DNA of 31,794 nt, taken from positions 1 to 31,794 of IMG/VR virus record IMGVR_UViG_3300009086_000061. The stretch is one strand, 5' to 3'. Of the stretch, positions 1 to 10,300 are shown piece by piece; within the stretch, counting starts at the first letter, position 1; every line of letters starts with the position of its first letter. The position numbers were made by a program, and so were the translations under genes. The notes under the pieces are model-generated. The model made no database searches. It was not told the DNA's origin and saw only the letters and a program-made list of their open reading frames with translations. The stretch comes from a virus (taxonomy: Duplodnaviria; Caudoviricetes).

Positions 1-2
1 TA

Positions 3-386
3 TATCTAGATGTTAATGTTGAAATTAACGGCGAAGCTAAAATTAAAAAATTAAAAGCAGGAATTATAAACAATACAGTAGCTGGATTAGCTTGGCAAGA
101 TAAACCAGGATCCGATAATCAAATACTAAGTGATTTTTCTTTCAGCTATAGCGGCGGCTCTCCAGGCCAGGCAGCAACTGCAAAAGAAGCTAACGAATTT
201 GAAGACGGAGATAAGGCATTGTATCCAAAGCGTATTCCGTTACATGAACCTTGGAAAGGACATGAAAATTTAGATCCTAAATCGTTCATACCAGACGAAA
301 CACTAGCAGGAGAATCAGAGCGTCCTGAGGAGGATGAAGCAGAATTTCAATTCCCTCCAATCGATGACACATTTAAAAAGGCGTAA
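3..386 (+). CDS. C-terminal fragment (5'-truncated) of probable baseplate hub/central spike protein (gp5/VgrG-like)
   Basis: Not in the ORF track. Frame open from position 3 to TAA at 384-386: YLDVNVEINGEAKIKK...KRIPLHEPWKGHENLDP...DTFKKA*. It lies directly upstream of the gp25-like gene (T4-like gp5-gp25-gp6 order), and I recognise RxPxHEPWxGH from C-termini of large-myovirus gp5-like proteins. Confidence 0.6.
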   Translation, partial: YLDVNVEINGEAKIKKLKAGIINNTVAGLAWQDKPGSDNQILSDFSFSYSGGSPGQAATAKEANEFEDGDKALYPKRIPLHEPWKGHENLDPKSFIPDETLAGESERPEEDEAEFQFPPIDDTFKKA

Positions 387-389
387 GTT

Positions 390-842
390 ATGAGTACATT
401 AGAAAAATCGTTATATCAACAAACTAAAGTAGCAGTAGGATCGAAAAAAGATAACATCTACGTAAAAAGTCCAACATATAAAGGATTTAGTACAGCAGAT
501 GGTTCTCAATCGAGTAATAAGCTATACGACATTGCATTGATTAAACAAGATATTATAAATCATTTTCATATTAGAAAAGGTGAAAAACTTAGCGACCCAT
601 CATTTGGAACTATAATATGGGACGTATTATTTGAACCGTTGACTGATCAAACTCGCAATCTTATTATTAAAGATGTTTCGGATATTATAAATTATGATCC
701 TCGAGTTTCAGTTAATCAAATTACTGTTGACACATACGAGCATGGTATTCAAGTAGCATGTGAATTAGTGTACAAACCGTATTCTATTGTTGAAAAAATA
801 CAGTTTCAATTTGATGAAAACGCTGGATTTTTTACAGGATAA
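390..842 (+). CDS. gp25: Baseplate wedge subunit / sheath initiator, T4 gp25-like (GPW/gp25 family)
   Basis: 150 aa with the gp25 signature IKQDIINHFHIRKGEKLSDPSFGT..WDVLFEP...IINYDPRV; sits upstream of the gp6-like gene. Confidence 0.9.
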   Translation: MSTLEKSLYQQTKVAVGSKKDNIYVKSPTYKGFSTADGSQSSNKLYDIALIKQDIINHFHIRKGEKLSDPSFGTIIWDVLFEPLTDQTRNLIIKDVSDIINYDPRVSVNQITVDTYEHGIQVACELVYKPYSIVEKIQFQFDENAGFFTG

Positions 843-866
843 TTATATACGCGGTTATTTAATACT

Positions 867-874
867 GCTAAATA
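867..874 (+). promoter_or_regulatory. Putative phage late promoter (TAAATA box, T4 TATAAATA-like)
   Basis: GCTAAATA in the intergenic gap, ending 24 nt before the ATG at 899; the same core recurs in three other gaps. SD-like AAGGGA at 887-892. Confidence 0.5.
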
Positions 875-898
875 TTACAAAGATATAAGGGAATAAAG

Positions 899-3800
899 AT
901 GTCCTCAACTGACAGACAAAATAGATTGTTATTATCGGAAGATTGGAAGCGAGTCTACCAGTCATTCCGTAACGCAGACTTTCAAAGTTATGATTTTGAT
1001 AACTTGCGTAGAACTATGATTCAATACTTGCGGGATAATTATCCTGAAGATTATAACGACTATGTAGATAGTTCAGAATACCTTGCACTAATAGATCTTA
1101 TTGCATACTTAGGACAAAATATTGCTTTCCGTATTGACTTAAATGCTCGTGAAAATTACATGGAACTTGCAGAGCGTAGAGAATCAGTACTGCGTTTAGC
1201 ACGTTTGCTTTCATACAATCCTAAGCGTAACCAAGCTACTAACGGACTTGTAAAATTAGATAGTATCAAGACTACTGAACAAGTAATTGACAGTAACGGC
1301 AATAATTTACAAGAACAAACTATTGTATGGAACGATGTTTCAAATCCTGATTGGTACGAACAATTCATTAAAGTAATGAATACAGGATTACCGTCAAATT
1401 CAGAGTTCGGAAAACCAAACAAAAAAGAGTTGATATCAGGAATATCAACAGAGCAATATCGATTTAATTCTATTAATTCAGACATTGCAACTTACCAATA
1501 TAATAAAATTATTGACGGAAGAAACTTATCGTTTGAAATAGTGTCAACTGATGTTACAAGTACATCTATTGAAGAAGAAGCACCGTTTCCGGGAAATAAG
1601 TTTGCATTAATTTATAAAGACGACGGAAAAGGTGTTGCTAGTAATTCAACAGGCTTCTTTAGTCACTTCCGCCAAGGGTCTTTAGACCAGGGTGTATTTA
1701 CAATAAACAATCCTAGTTCTAATCAATCAATTGCAGTCGAAGCACCAGACATTAATGATACTGATGTTTGGTTATATAAGTTAGATTCTGAAGGAAATGA
1801 ACAAGAACTTTGGTCCAAGGTTGATGCATTACAAGGTAATAATGTTGTTTACAATAGCTTGTCTAAATCAGAAAGAAATATTTATAGTGCGTTAACAAGA
1901 GTTGACGATAGAGTAACTTTAGTGTTTAGTGATGGTGTCTTTGGCAATTTGCCACAAGGTACATTTAGAGTATACTTTAGATCTAGTCAAAACGAACGTA
2001 TTGTTCTTACGCCTAAAGACTTTAGTAATATTTTAGTTAGCATTCCTTATATTTCTAAATCAGGAAAAACAGAAGAATTAACATTATTGTATAGTTTGTA
2101 TTACACAGTTGATAACGGCGCAACAAGCGAAAGTACTGATACTATTAGATTTAATGCACCGTCAACATATTATACACAAAATAGAATGGTAACTGGCGAA
2201 GACTATCAAGTTGCGCCACTTGGTATTAATCAAAAAATTGTAAAAGTAAAAAGTGTTAATAGAACAGCAAGTGGCATTAGTAGATATTTTGATTTAATTG
2301 ATGCAACTGGAAAATATTCTCAAACTACACTTTACGGAAACGATGGCGTATTGTATAAAGAGTATCAAAATAAGTTAGAAGGCTTTACTTTTACAACAAA
2401 GACTGATGTAGAAGGTGCTACTGAAAATACCATTGTTCCGTTATTATCGGATAAGAAACTTCGAAATTTTTACTTTGACCAATTTCCTAAAATACTAACA
2501 GACGACTTGGGCATTAACTGGAGTCGAACAACCGTTGAAACTAATTTAGTAACAGGGTTATTTAAAAGTGCAGACGGTATTGCTATTAAATTAGGTTCAT
2601 TTACGTCAACAATTATGTCCTTGTTAAAACCAGGAACTTTAATTAAATTTATTGCTCCAACAGGAAAACATTTTGATAAAAAATTAAACATAGTTGACGG
2701 ACCGTCATCTAAAATTGGTGACTTAGATTATAAGTGGGTAAAAGTAATTTCAGTCAATGGCACAGGCATTGAAGAAAGACCAGACGGAACCGGAGCTGTA
2801 TACTTAAATGACGAAATTCCTACTGGTGCTCTTTTAGGTGAAATTAAACCTGCATTAGCAAATAATTTAATTGACAGTGTTAAACAACAGGTAATCGATC
2901 AAATATTTGTATATAAAACATTCGGACTACGCTTTGATCAAACAAGCGGCGAATGGAGACTAGTTACTGAAAATAACTTATCGATAGGCACTGAATTTTC
3001 ATCTGGAAAATCAGGAGATACTACTAATCAACAATTGGATGCTAGTTGGACACTATTATTTGAAAATGATGGTGAACGTTATACAATTACATATCGCGGC
3101 ATGCGTTATGTATTTGAAAGTGATAAAGAGATTAAGTTTTATTACGATCCTAAAGAAAAAATTTACGATAGCAAAACCGGTAAGATTATTAAAGACGCAA
3201 TTACAGTTTTAAATATAAATTATAAACCAGATGATGTTAATGCATTTACAAGAGACTTTGATTGGGAAATTGTTGATGCATATAGAGATTTAGAAGGTTA
3301 TGTTGACAGTAAAAAATTAGAAATCAGTTACTTCGATGCAGACGAAGACGGTATTGTTGATGATGCAGATTTATTTGAAGAAATTGTTTCTCCGACAGTT
3401 AATGTAAAATCTAAGTATGTTATATTTCAAAAAATAACTTCGGTTGACGGAGTTGAAGATTTTAATTACTTAAACAATGCTGATGATGCAGTTATTATAT
3501 TAGCTACAAAATCTGAATTAAGACCATTTAGCGAATATAAAGATGGACAGGTATTTTATTACATTGATTCTGATGTATTTGAAGTACTAAGTCAAACGGC
3601 ATTAAAGTTAACTATTAGTGCAGATTATAAAGCACGTCTTGGTCGTAATGATTTGAAGTTTAGATATTACCATGCAGCAAGTGCAGAAACACGTATTGAT
3701 CCTAGTGCAAGCAATATTATTGATATGTATATTCTTGACAGGACGTATGATGCAAATTATCGTATGTGGTTATTAGAAAATTCAATTAAACAGCCACTAC

Positions 3801-4390
3801 CGCCAAGCAGTGACGAGCTGTTTATATCTTATGCTAGTCAGTTAAATAAAATTAAATCACTTACTGATGAAATAATTTATCATCCAGTTAAGTACAAAGT
3901 ATTATTTGGCAATAAGGCAACAGAAGATTTGCAAGCTACATTTAAAGTTGTAAAAAACAAAGACAAAGTATTAAATGATAACGAAATTAAAACACGTATC
4001 ATAACAGCAATTAATCAATTTTTTGCTTTAGACAATTGGGACTTTGGAGAACAGTTTTATTTCTCAGAACTTGCGAACTATGTTATGTATCAACTTGCTC
4101 CAGATGTATCTACATTTATTATCGTACCAAAACAAGAGGATCAAAGTTTTGGTAGCTTATACGAAATTAAAGCAGAAGCTGATGAAATTTTCATTAGTGG
4201 TGCCGATGTTACTAGTATCGAAGTTATAGACGCAGTAACAGCTTCGAGACTTAAAGCACAAAATACAATAACTACACAAACTGTTTCAGTAAATGCCGGA
4301 ATACAAAGTTCAGCATTAGATGATGCTTCGGCAAGAGTTACATCTACTAACAATGTAGTTAATAATACTAACACAGGGACAACTTACTAA
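899..4390 (+). CDS. gp6: Baseplate wedge protein, T4 gp6-like (Baseplate_J-related), enlarged
   Basis: N-terminal YDFDNLR...LIDLIAY...ELAERRESVLRLARLLSYNPKR, internal APSTYYTQNRMVTGEDY, and C-terminal DFGEQFYFSEL match gp6-family motifs; 1163 aa. Confidence 0.88.
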   Translation: MSSTDRQNRLLLSEDWKRVYQSFRNADFQSYDFDNLRRTMIQYLRDNYPEDYNDYVDSSEYLALIDLIAYLGQNIAFRIDLNARENYMELAERRESVLRLARLLSYNPKRNQATNGLVKLDSIKTTEQVIDSNGNNLQEQTIVWNDVSNPDWYEQFIKVMNTGLPSNSEFGKPNKKELISGISTEQYRFNSINSDIATYQYNKIIDGRNLSFEIVSTDVTSTSIEEEAPFPGNKFALIYKDDGKGVASNSTGFFSHFRQGSLDQGVFTINNPSSNQSIAVEAPDINDTDVWLYKLDSEGNEQELWSKVDALQGNNVVYNSLSKSERNIYSALTRVDDRVTLVFSDGVFGNLPQGTFRVYFRSSQNERIVLTPKDFSNILVSIPYISKSGKTEELTLLYSLYYTVDNGATSESTDTIRFNAPSTYYTQNRMVTGEDYQVAPLGINQKIVKVKSVNRTASGISRYFDLIDATGKYSQTTLYGNDGVLYKEYQNKLEGFTFTTKTDVEGATENTIVPLLSDKKLRNFYFDQFPKILTDDLGINWSRTTVETNLVTGLFKSADGIAIKLGSFTSTIMSLLKPGTLIKFIAPTGKHFDKKLNIVDGPSSKIGDLDYKWVKVISVNGTGIEERPDGTGAVYLNDEIPTGALLGEIKPALANNLIDSVKQQVIDQIFVYKTFGLRFDQTSGEWRLVTENNLSIGTEFSSGKSGDTTNQQLDASWTLLFENDGERYTITYRGMRYVFESDKEIKFYYDPKEKIYDSKTGKIIKDAITVLNINYKPDDVNAFTRDFDWEIVDAYRDLEGYVDSKKLEISYFDADEDGIVDDADLFEEIVSPTVNVKSKYVIFQKITSVDGVEDFNYLNNADDAVIILATKSELRPFSEYKDGQVFYYIDSDVFEVLSQTALKLTISADYKARLGRNDLKFRYYHAASAETRIDPSASNIIDMYILDRTYDANYRMWLLENSIKQPLPPSSDELFISYASQLNKIKSLTDEIIYHPVKYKVLFGNKATEDLQATFKVVKNKDKVLNDNEIKTRIITAINQFFALDNWDFGEQFYFSELANYVMYQLAPDVSTFIIVPKQEDQSFGSLYEIKAEADEIFISGADVTSIEVIDAVTASRLKAQNTITTQTVSVNAGIQSSALDDASARVTSTNNVVNNTNTGTTY

Positions 4391-7300
4391 TGGCAAAAAA
4401 TGACCAAAATGAATTTCCATTGCCAAATGGTTCTAACTCGAATAAAAGAGAAAGTGCTAGACACTTACCAAAGTATTTTAGAACAGATAAAAACCAAAAG
4501 TTTTTAAAGTCTACATTAGATCAAGTATTACAACCTGGTGTAGCTGAAAAAATAAGTTCATTTGTTGGTAGAAAAACTGCAAAGTCTTATGTTAAAGATG
4601 ACAACTATCTAAGTGATATATCAGCAGACAGAACTAACTACCAATTAGAACCTGCTAGTATTATACAAGACTCAAACGGAAACGTTGATTATCATGCTGA
4701 TTACCGAGATTACATAAATCAAATTGCTAACCTAGGCGGATCAAATATTAATCATGGTAGAAATACAAAAGAAGAATTTTATTCCTGGGATCCAAAAATT
4801 GATTGGGACAAATTTAGTAATTTTAGAGAATATTACTGGTTACCAAACGGTCCAAGATCTGTGTTTATACCAGGCGAACAAAAAGAAATTACAAGTACAT
4901 ATACAGTTGAGTTAGCAGAAGCATTGGGCGACTATTCTTATGTTTTTACTCCAGATGGGCTAACTAACAATCCTATACTAAAATTATATAGAGGTGTAAA
5001 ATACAGATTTGAAATTAACACTCCTGGATTACCATTAACATTTAAAACTCAAAGAACTTTAGATGATGCATTTTTATTAGTAGACGGAATATCAGCCCAA
5101 AAAGTTGATGAAGGCGTTATTGAATTAGAACTAGGATCAGATGCACCTGATGAGTTATTTTATGTTTCGAGTGAAGATATTAATTCTGGTGGATTAATTA
5201 GAGTAGCAAATCAAAGCGATGCTCAATTTATTGATGTTGTTGCAGAAATTATCGGTAAGAAAGAATATCAAACAAGAGATAATTGGTCATTAACTAACGG
5301 ATTAAAAGTTAGATTTAGAGGCGATGTACAGCCGGAACTATATCGAGACAAAGAATGGTATGTTGAGGGTGTCGGTGAAGAAATTGAATTAGTATCAGCA
5401 ACTGACGTAGAAGTTTCTTTTCCTGTAGGTGTTGATGTTGATGTTCCGTTTGATAATGACGAAGGATTTGATCAGTTTCCTTTCTCACAAGCAACAGGAT
5501 ATCCAAGAGATAAAGATTATATTACAATTAATCGTGCAAGTCCAGATGGAAATTTTTGGTCAAGATATAACAGATGGTTTCATAAAGATGTAATTGAATT
5601 AGTAGATACAATTACAAATAATTCTGTTACAGTTGACGAAACTGCTCGTGCAAGCAGACCTATTATTGAATTTGAATCTGGTTTAAGATTGTATAACTTT
5701 GGATCATTCTCAAAAGGCACAATTGACTTAATTGACACTTTTACTACGGATGCGTTTAGTACTATTGAAGGTAGTTTAGGTTATAATATTGATGATATAC
5801 AGTTATCAACAGGCATGCGTGTTATATTCTTAGCAGATACTGATCCACTAGTAACTGGTAAAGTATTTGAAGTAAAATTTATTAAGTTCAAAGGAAGCGG
5901 AACAGACGGACAGATAACTCTAGTCCCAACCACAGACAGTGAGCCGTCTAGCGGTGAAAATGTACTAGTAACCCGCGGCACAGAAAACGGTGGCAAAATT
6001 TGGTATTACGACGGTAATAAATGGAGTATTGCACAGGAAAAAACGTCAGTAAATACACCACCAATTTTTGATGTATTTGACGAAAACGATATTAGTTATT
6101 CTAACATAAATGTATATCCTGCATCGTCTTTTAGAGGAAGTAAGATATTTGGGTATAAAGTTGGAACAGGTGCAAACGATACTGCATTAGGATTTCCATT
6201 AAGTTACAAAAGTATTGAAAATGTTGGAGACATAGTATTTGATTTTAATTTTAATACAGACACTTTCCAATATCAAACTAATGATACATTAAATGTAGTA
6301 GATGTTAAACAGGGATTTTTAAGAAAATATAAAGGTAAAAATTTTACAATAGCAAATGTTTATACTAAGGCTAATACATTAAGTGAGCAAAAAGTAATTC
6401 TTCAATATGTAAACGATAACACTCGCATTACATATCCAATTAACTGTTATGATCGAAGTTCTGAGCTTACTGATTTATCTATTACAGTACTATGTAACAA
6501 TATTATAAAATATGAAAACATTGATTACGAATTTGAAAATAGTGTTGATAAGATTAAGAGTATAAAATTTAAATATGATTTAGATAAAGATGCATCAATT
6601 ATCATAAAGTGTAGCTCTTCGGCTGTAAAAAATAATAACGGGTATTATGAAATTGCTAATAATCTTGAAAAGAATCCGTTGAATGAAGATTTAACTTCAT
6701 TTACACTTGGCGAAGTTAACGATCATGTTTTTAGTATAACTGAAAATGTTCCTAACTTTAATGGAATATTTCCTGGACCGTCTAATTTAAGAGATCTAGA
6801 CGGGTTAAGCAAATACGGAAGAAAGTTTATTAAACATAGTTCGCCGTTAAACTTATCAATGTACAGTCTTATCGATAAGCCGTCAAATATAATTAACGCT
6901 GTTAGATATTCTAAAAAAGAATATGCTAAATTTAAACGTTTGTTTATTGAAACAGCTGAAAGTATAGGGTATTCAGGAAATGTAAAAGGGCATGTTGATA
7001 AGATTATTACTGAGCTAGTAAAAAGTAAAACAAATGTTATGCCATTTTACTTTAGTGACATGATACCTTTTGGTACAGCAATTACAACTAAAATAATAGT
7101 AGAAGATATAGCAACTCAATTCTATGCTTTAAATACTGATTTTACACTAGAAACATTAAGCACTCGAGCAGTAACAGTATATTTAAATAGTGAACAATTA
7201 ATACACAATAAAGATTATACATTTAATACTGAAGGCTTTTTAGTAATTACTGCTACTAAGTCTGTTGGTGACATTATTGAAATAAACGAATACGATACAA

Positions 7301-10300
7301 CTAACGGGTCGTTTATACCACCAACGCCGAGTAAGTTAGGTTTATATCCAGTATTTGAACCATATCTATATCAAGATACCTCATTTAGTAGTAATCCTAC
7401 AGTTATTAAAGGACATGACGGAAGCATAGTAAAGGCTTTTGGAGATTATAGAGATGCATTAATTTTAGAATTAGAAAAAAGAATCTTTAATAACATTAAA
7501 ATTAATTACGATCCTACGTTGTTTAACGTTCATTCATATGTACCTGGACTTAATCGTAATACTGCGTTTACTAGAAAAGAAATTAATGCTCCGTTGACTA
7601 CAGATTTTTTACAATGGATGACATTAGTTGATAAGGACTATACTGTTAACTCTTACTTTGATACAAATAATCCGTTTACTTTTAACTATTCATTATTGAT
7701 GGATAAGAATGGTGACAAGTTACCAGGTTGGTGGAGAGCAATATACAGATATTACTTCGATACAGATAGCCCGCACTTAACACCATGGGAAATGTTAGGA
7801 TTTAGTATTAAACCAAGTTGGTGGGAAGATCAATATGGTCCTGCACCTTACACAAAAAATAACTCCTTACTTTGGGAGGATTTAGAAAGAGGAATAATTA
7901 GAGATCCTAGCGGTTCATTTAAAATTAATAAATTATATAGACGTCCAGGATTAAAAACGTTTATACCAGTTAATGCTTCAGGTGAATTATTAGGTCCTTC
8001 TAATTGCAATATTCCAAAACGATTTGATACACAGTCATTAAATAGAGGATTTGTTTTTGGTGACGGAAGCCCAGTTGAGGATGCATGGATAAACAGTTCA
8101 GAATATCCATTTGCAATTCTAACTAGTTGGCTAATTAACAGCACACCTTCTGCACTAGCTACAGGTTTTGATAGATCAAGACAAGTTCGCAATTCTATCG
8201 GACATATAATTTATAAAGATACAAAAAATCATATTAAGTTAGAAGACTTATGTTTTCCAACAGGTATTAATGAATCTGCACAAAAATTAACATCAGGATT
8301 CGTAAATTATATACAAGATTATATGTCATACAATCTTGCTGATAAATTTGTTGAATATCAAAATAATATAAAATCAATTAAAAACAGACTTACCTTTAAA
8401 CTAGGCGGATTTACTGATAAATCTAAATTTAAATTAATACTTGATAGCAGAACACCTACAAACGAAGGTAATGTTTTTATACCAGAAGAAAACTATCAAG
8501 TATTTTTAAATACAAGTACTCCGATAAAAACTATAAATTATAGCGGTGTTATAGTTGAAAAAGTACAAGGTGGATTTTCGATTAGAGGCTATGATAAAGA
8601 GTTACCTTATTTTAAATATTATCAATCATTAACATCTTCAAAAGATATTGAAGTTAATGTTGGTGGCGTGTCAGATTCATATATAGAGTGGAATGAAAAT
8701 AGAACCTATGCTAAAGATACTATTATAGAAAATAACGGATCTTATTATAGAACAAATGTTACCTTTACTTCGGGTAATGTATTTGACTCTAGTCAACCTA
8801 CAGAGTTAACAAAACTTGCTAAACTTCCTATTACTGGTGGCCGCAATGCAACCTTTAAAAACAGGTTTAATAAAGATGATGTACTAACCTTGTCGTATGG
8901 TACAATTCTTACATCAATACAAGATGTTATTGACTTTTTATTAGGATACGAACATTGGCTAGTTGAACAAGGATTTAGATTTCAATACTTTGACGGCACA
9001 GAAAATATAATTTCAGACTGGAAAAATGCTTCAAGAGAGTTCTTATTTTGGACATCACATTCTTGGGGCGAAGGCGCCCTTATATCTTTAAGCCCTGCAG
9101 CAGATCAAGTTTGGTTTAATACTGAATATGCTAAGGTTGATAGTGTAACTGATAATTTCTTTGGGTACGGATTATTAAAATCAGATGGCAAACCTTTAGA
9201 AAGTAAATTTTTAAAGATTGACAGAATAGATAGAAATAATTTTAAAATAACACCAACTATTACAGCTGACGGAGTTTACTCTATTAAAATTCCGTTGACA
9301 CAAACAGAACATGTTGTAATGATTGATAACTCGTCAGTATTTGGTGATGTAGTTTATCAACCAGCTACAGGATATAGACAAGATAGAATAAAAGCATTTG
9401 GATATCGTACTACTGATTGGAACGGCAGTCTTGACATTCCAGGATTTATATATTCTGAAGTTATTATAAAAGATTGGCAACAATGGACTGATTATGCAGT
9501 AGGTGATATGGTTAAGTATAAAGAATTTAATTATACAGCTGATGCAGTTATTACAGGATCAGAAACTTTTGATTATAATCAATGGGTGCGGTTAAATGAA
9601 ACGCCTCAAAGTAAACTAATACCAAACTTTGAATATAAAACAAATCAGTTCGCAGACTTTTATGATCTAGACACAGATAATTTTGATGTAGTACAGCAAC
9701 AACAAGCTCAACATCTTATTGGTTACCAAAAACGTAAGTATCTTGAAAATATTATTAACGACGAAGTTAGTCAGTACAAATTTTATCAAGGAATGATTCA
9801 AGAAAAAGGAACTCGTAATAGTCTTGATAAATTGTTTGATGTATTAAGTGCTAATGATAGAGAAAGTTTAGACTTTTATGAAGAATGGGCAATTAAACAA
9901 GGGCAGTATGGTGCAAGCGAAGGATTCGACGAAGTTGAATTTAAATTAGACGAAAAGAAATTTAGATTAAATCCTCAGCCAATACAGTTAACAAATAGTG
10001 ATGACGTTGACGGACTTGTATATAATATTAAAGATTTTGAAGTTTATAAAAAGCCATTAACGTATAATAATAATTTTCTTCCTCAAAAAACAGATTTAAA
10101 ATCATTTACTCGTAGTCCTGGATTTGTTAACTTATCAGATATAGATGTAGTGTTAGCTGATTATAATGGTATAGCTAATTTAGATATTGAATCACTTAGT
10201 AATAAAGATTATTTATGGGTCGGATCTAAAGAAAATAAATGGAATGTATTACAGTATGTTTCCTTAGATACTACTATTACTTCTATTGAAACTTTACAAC

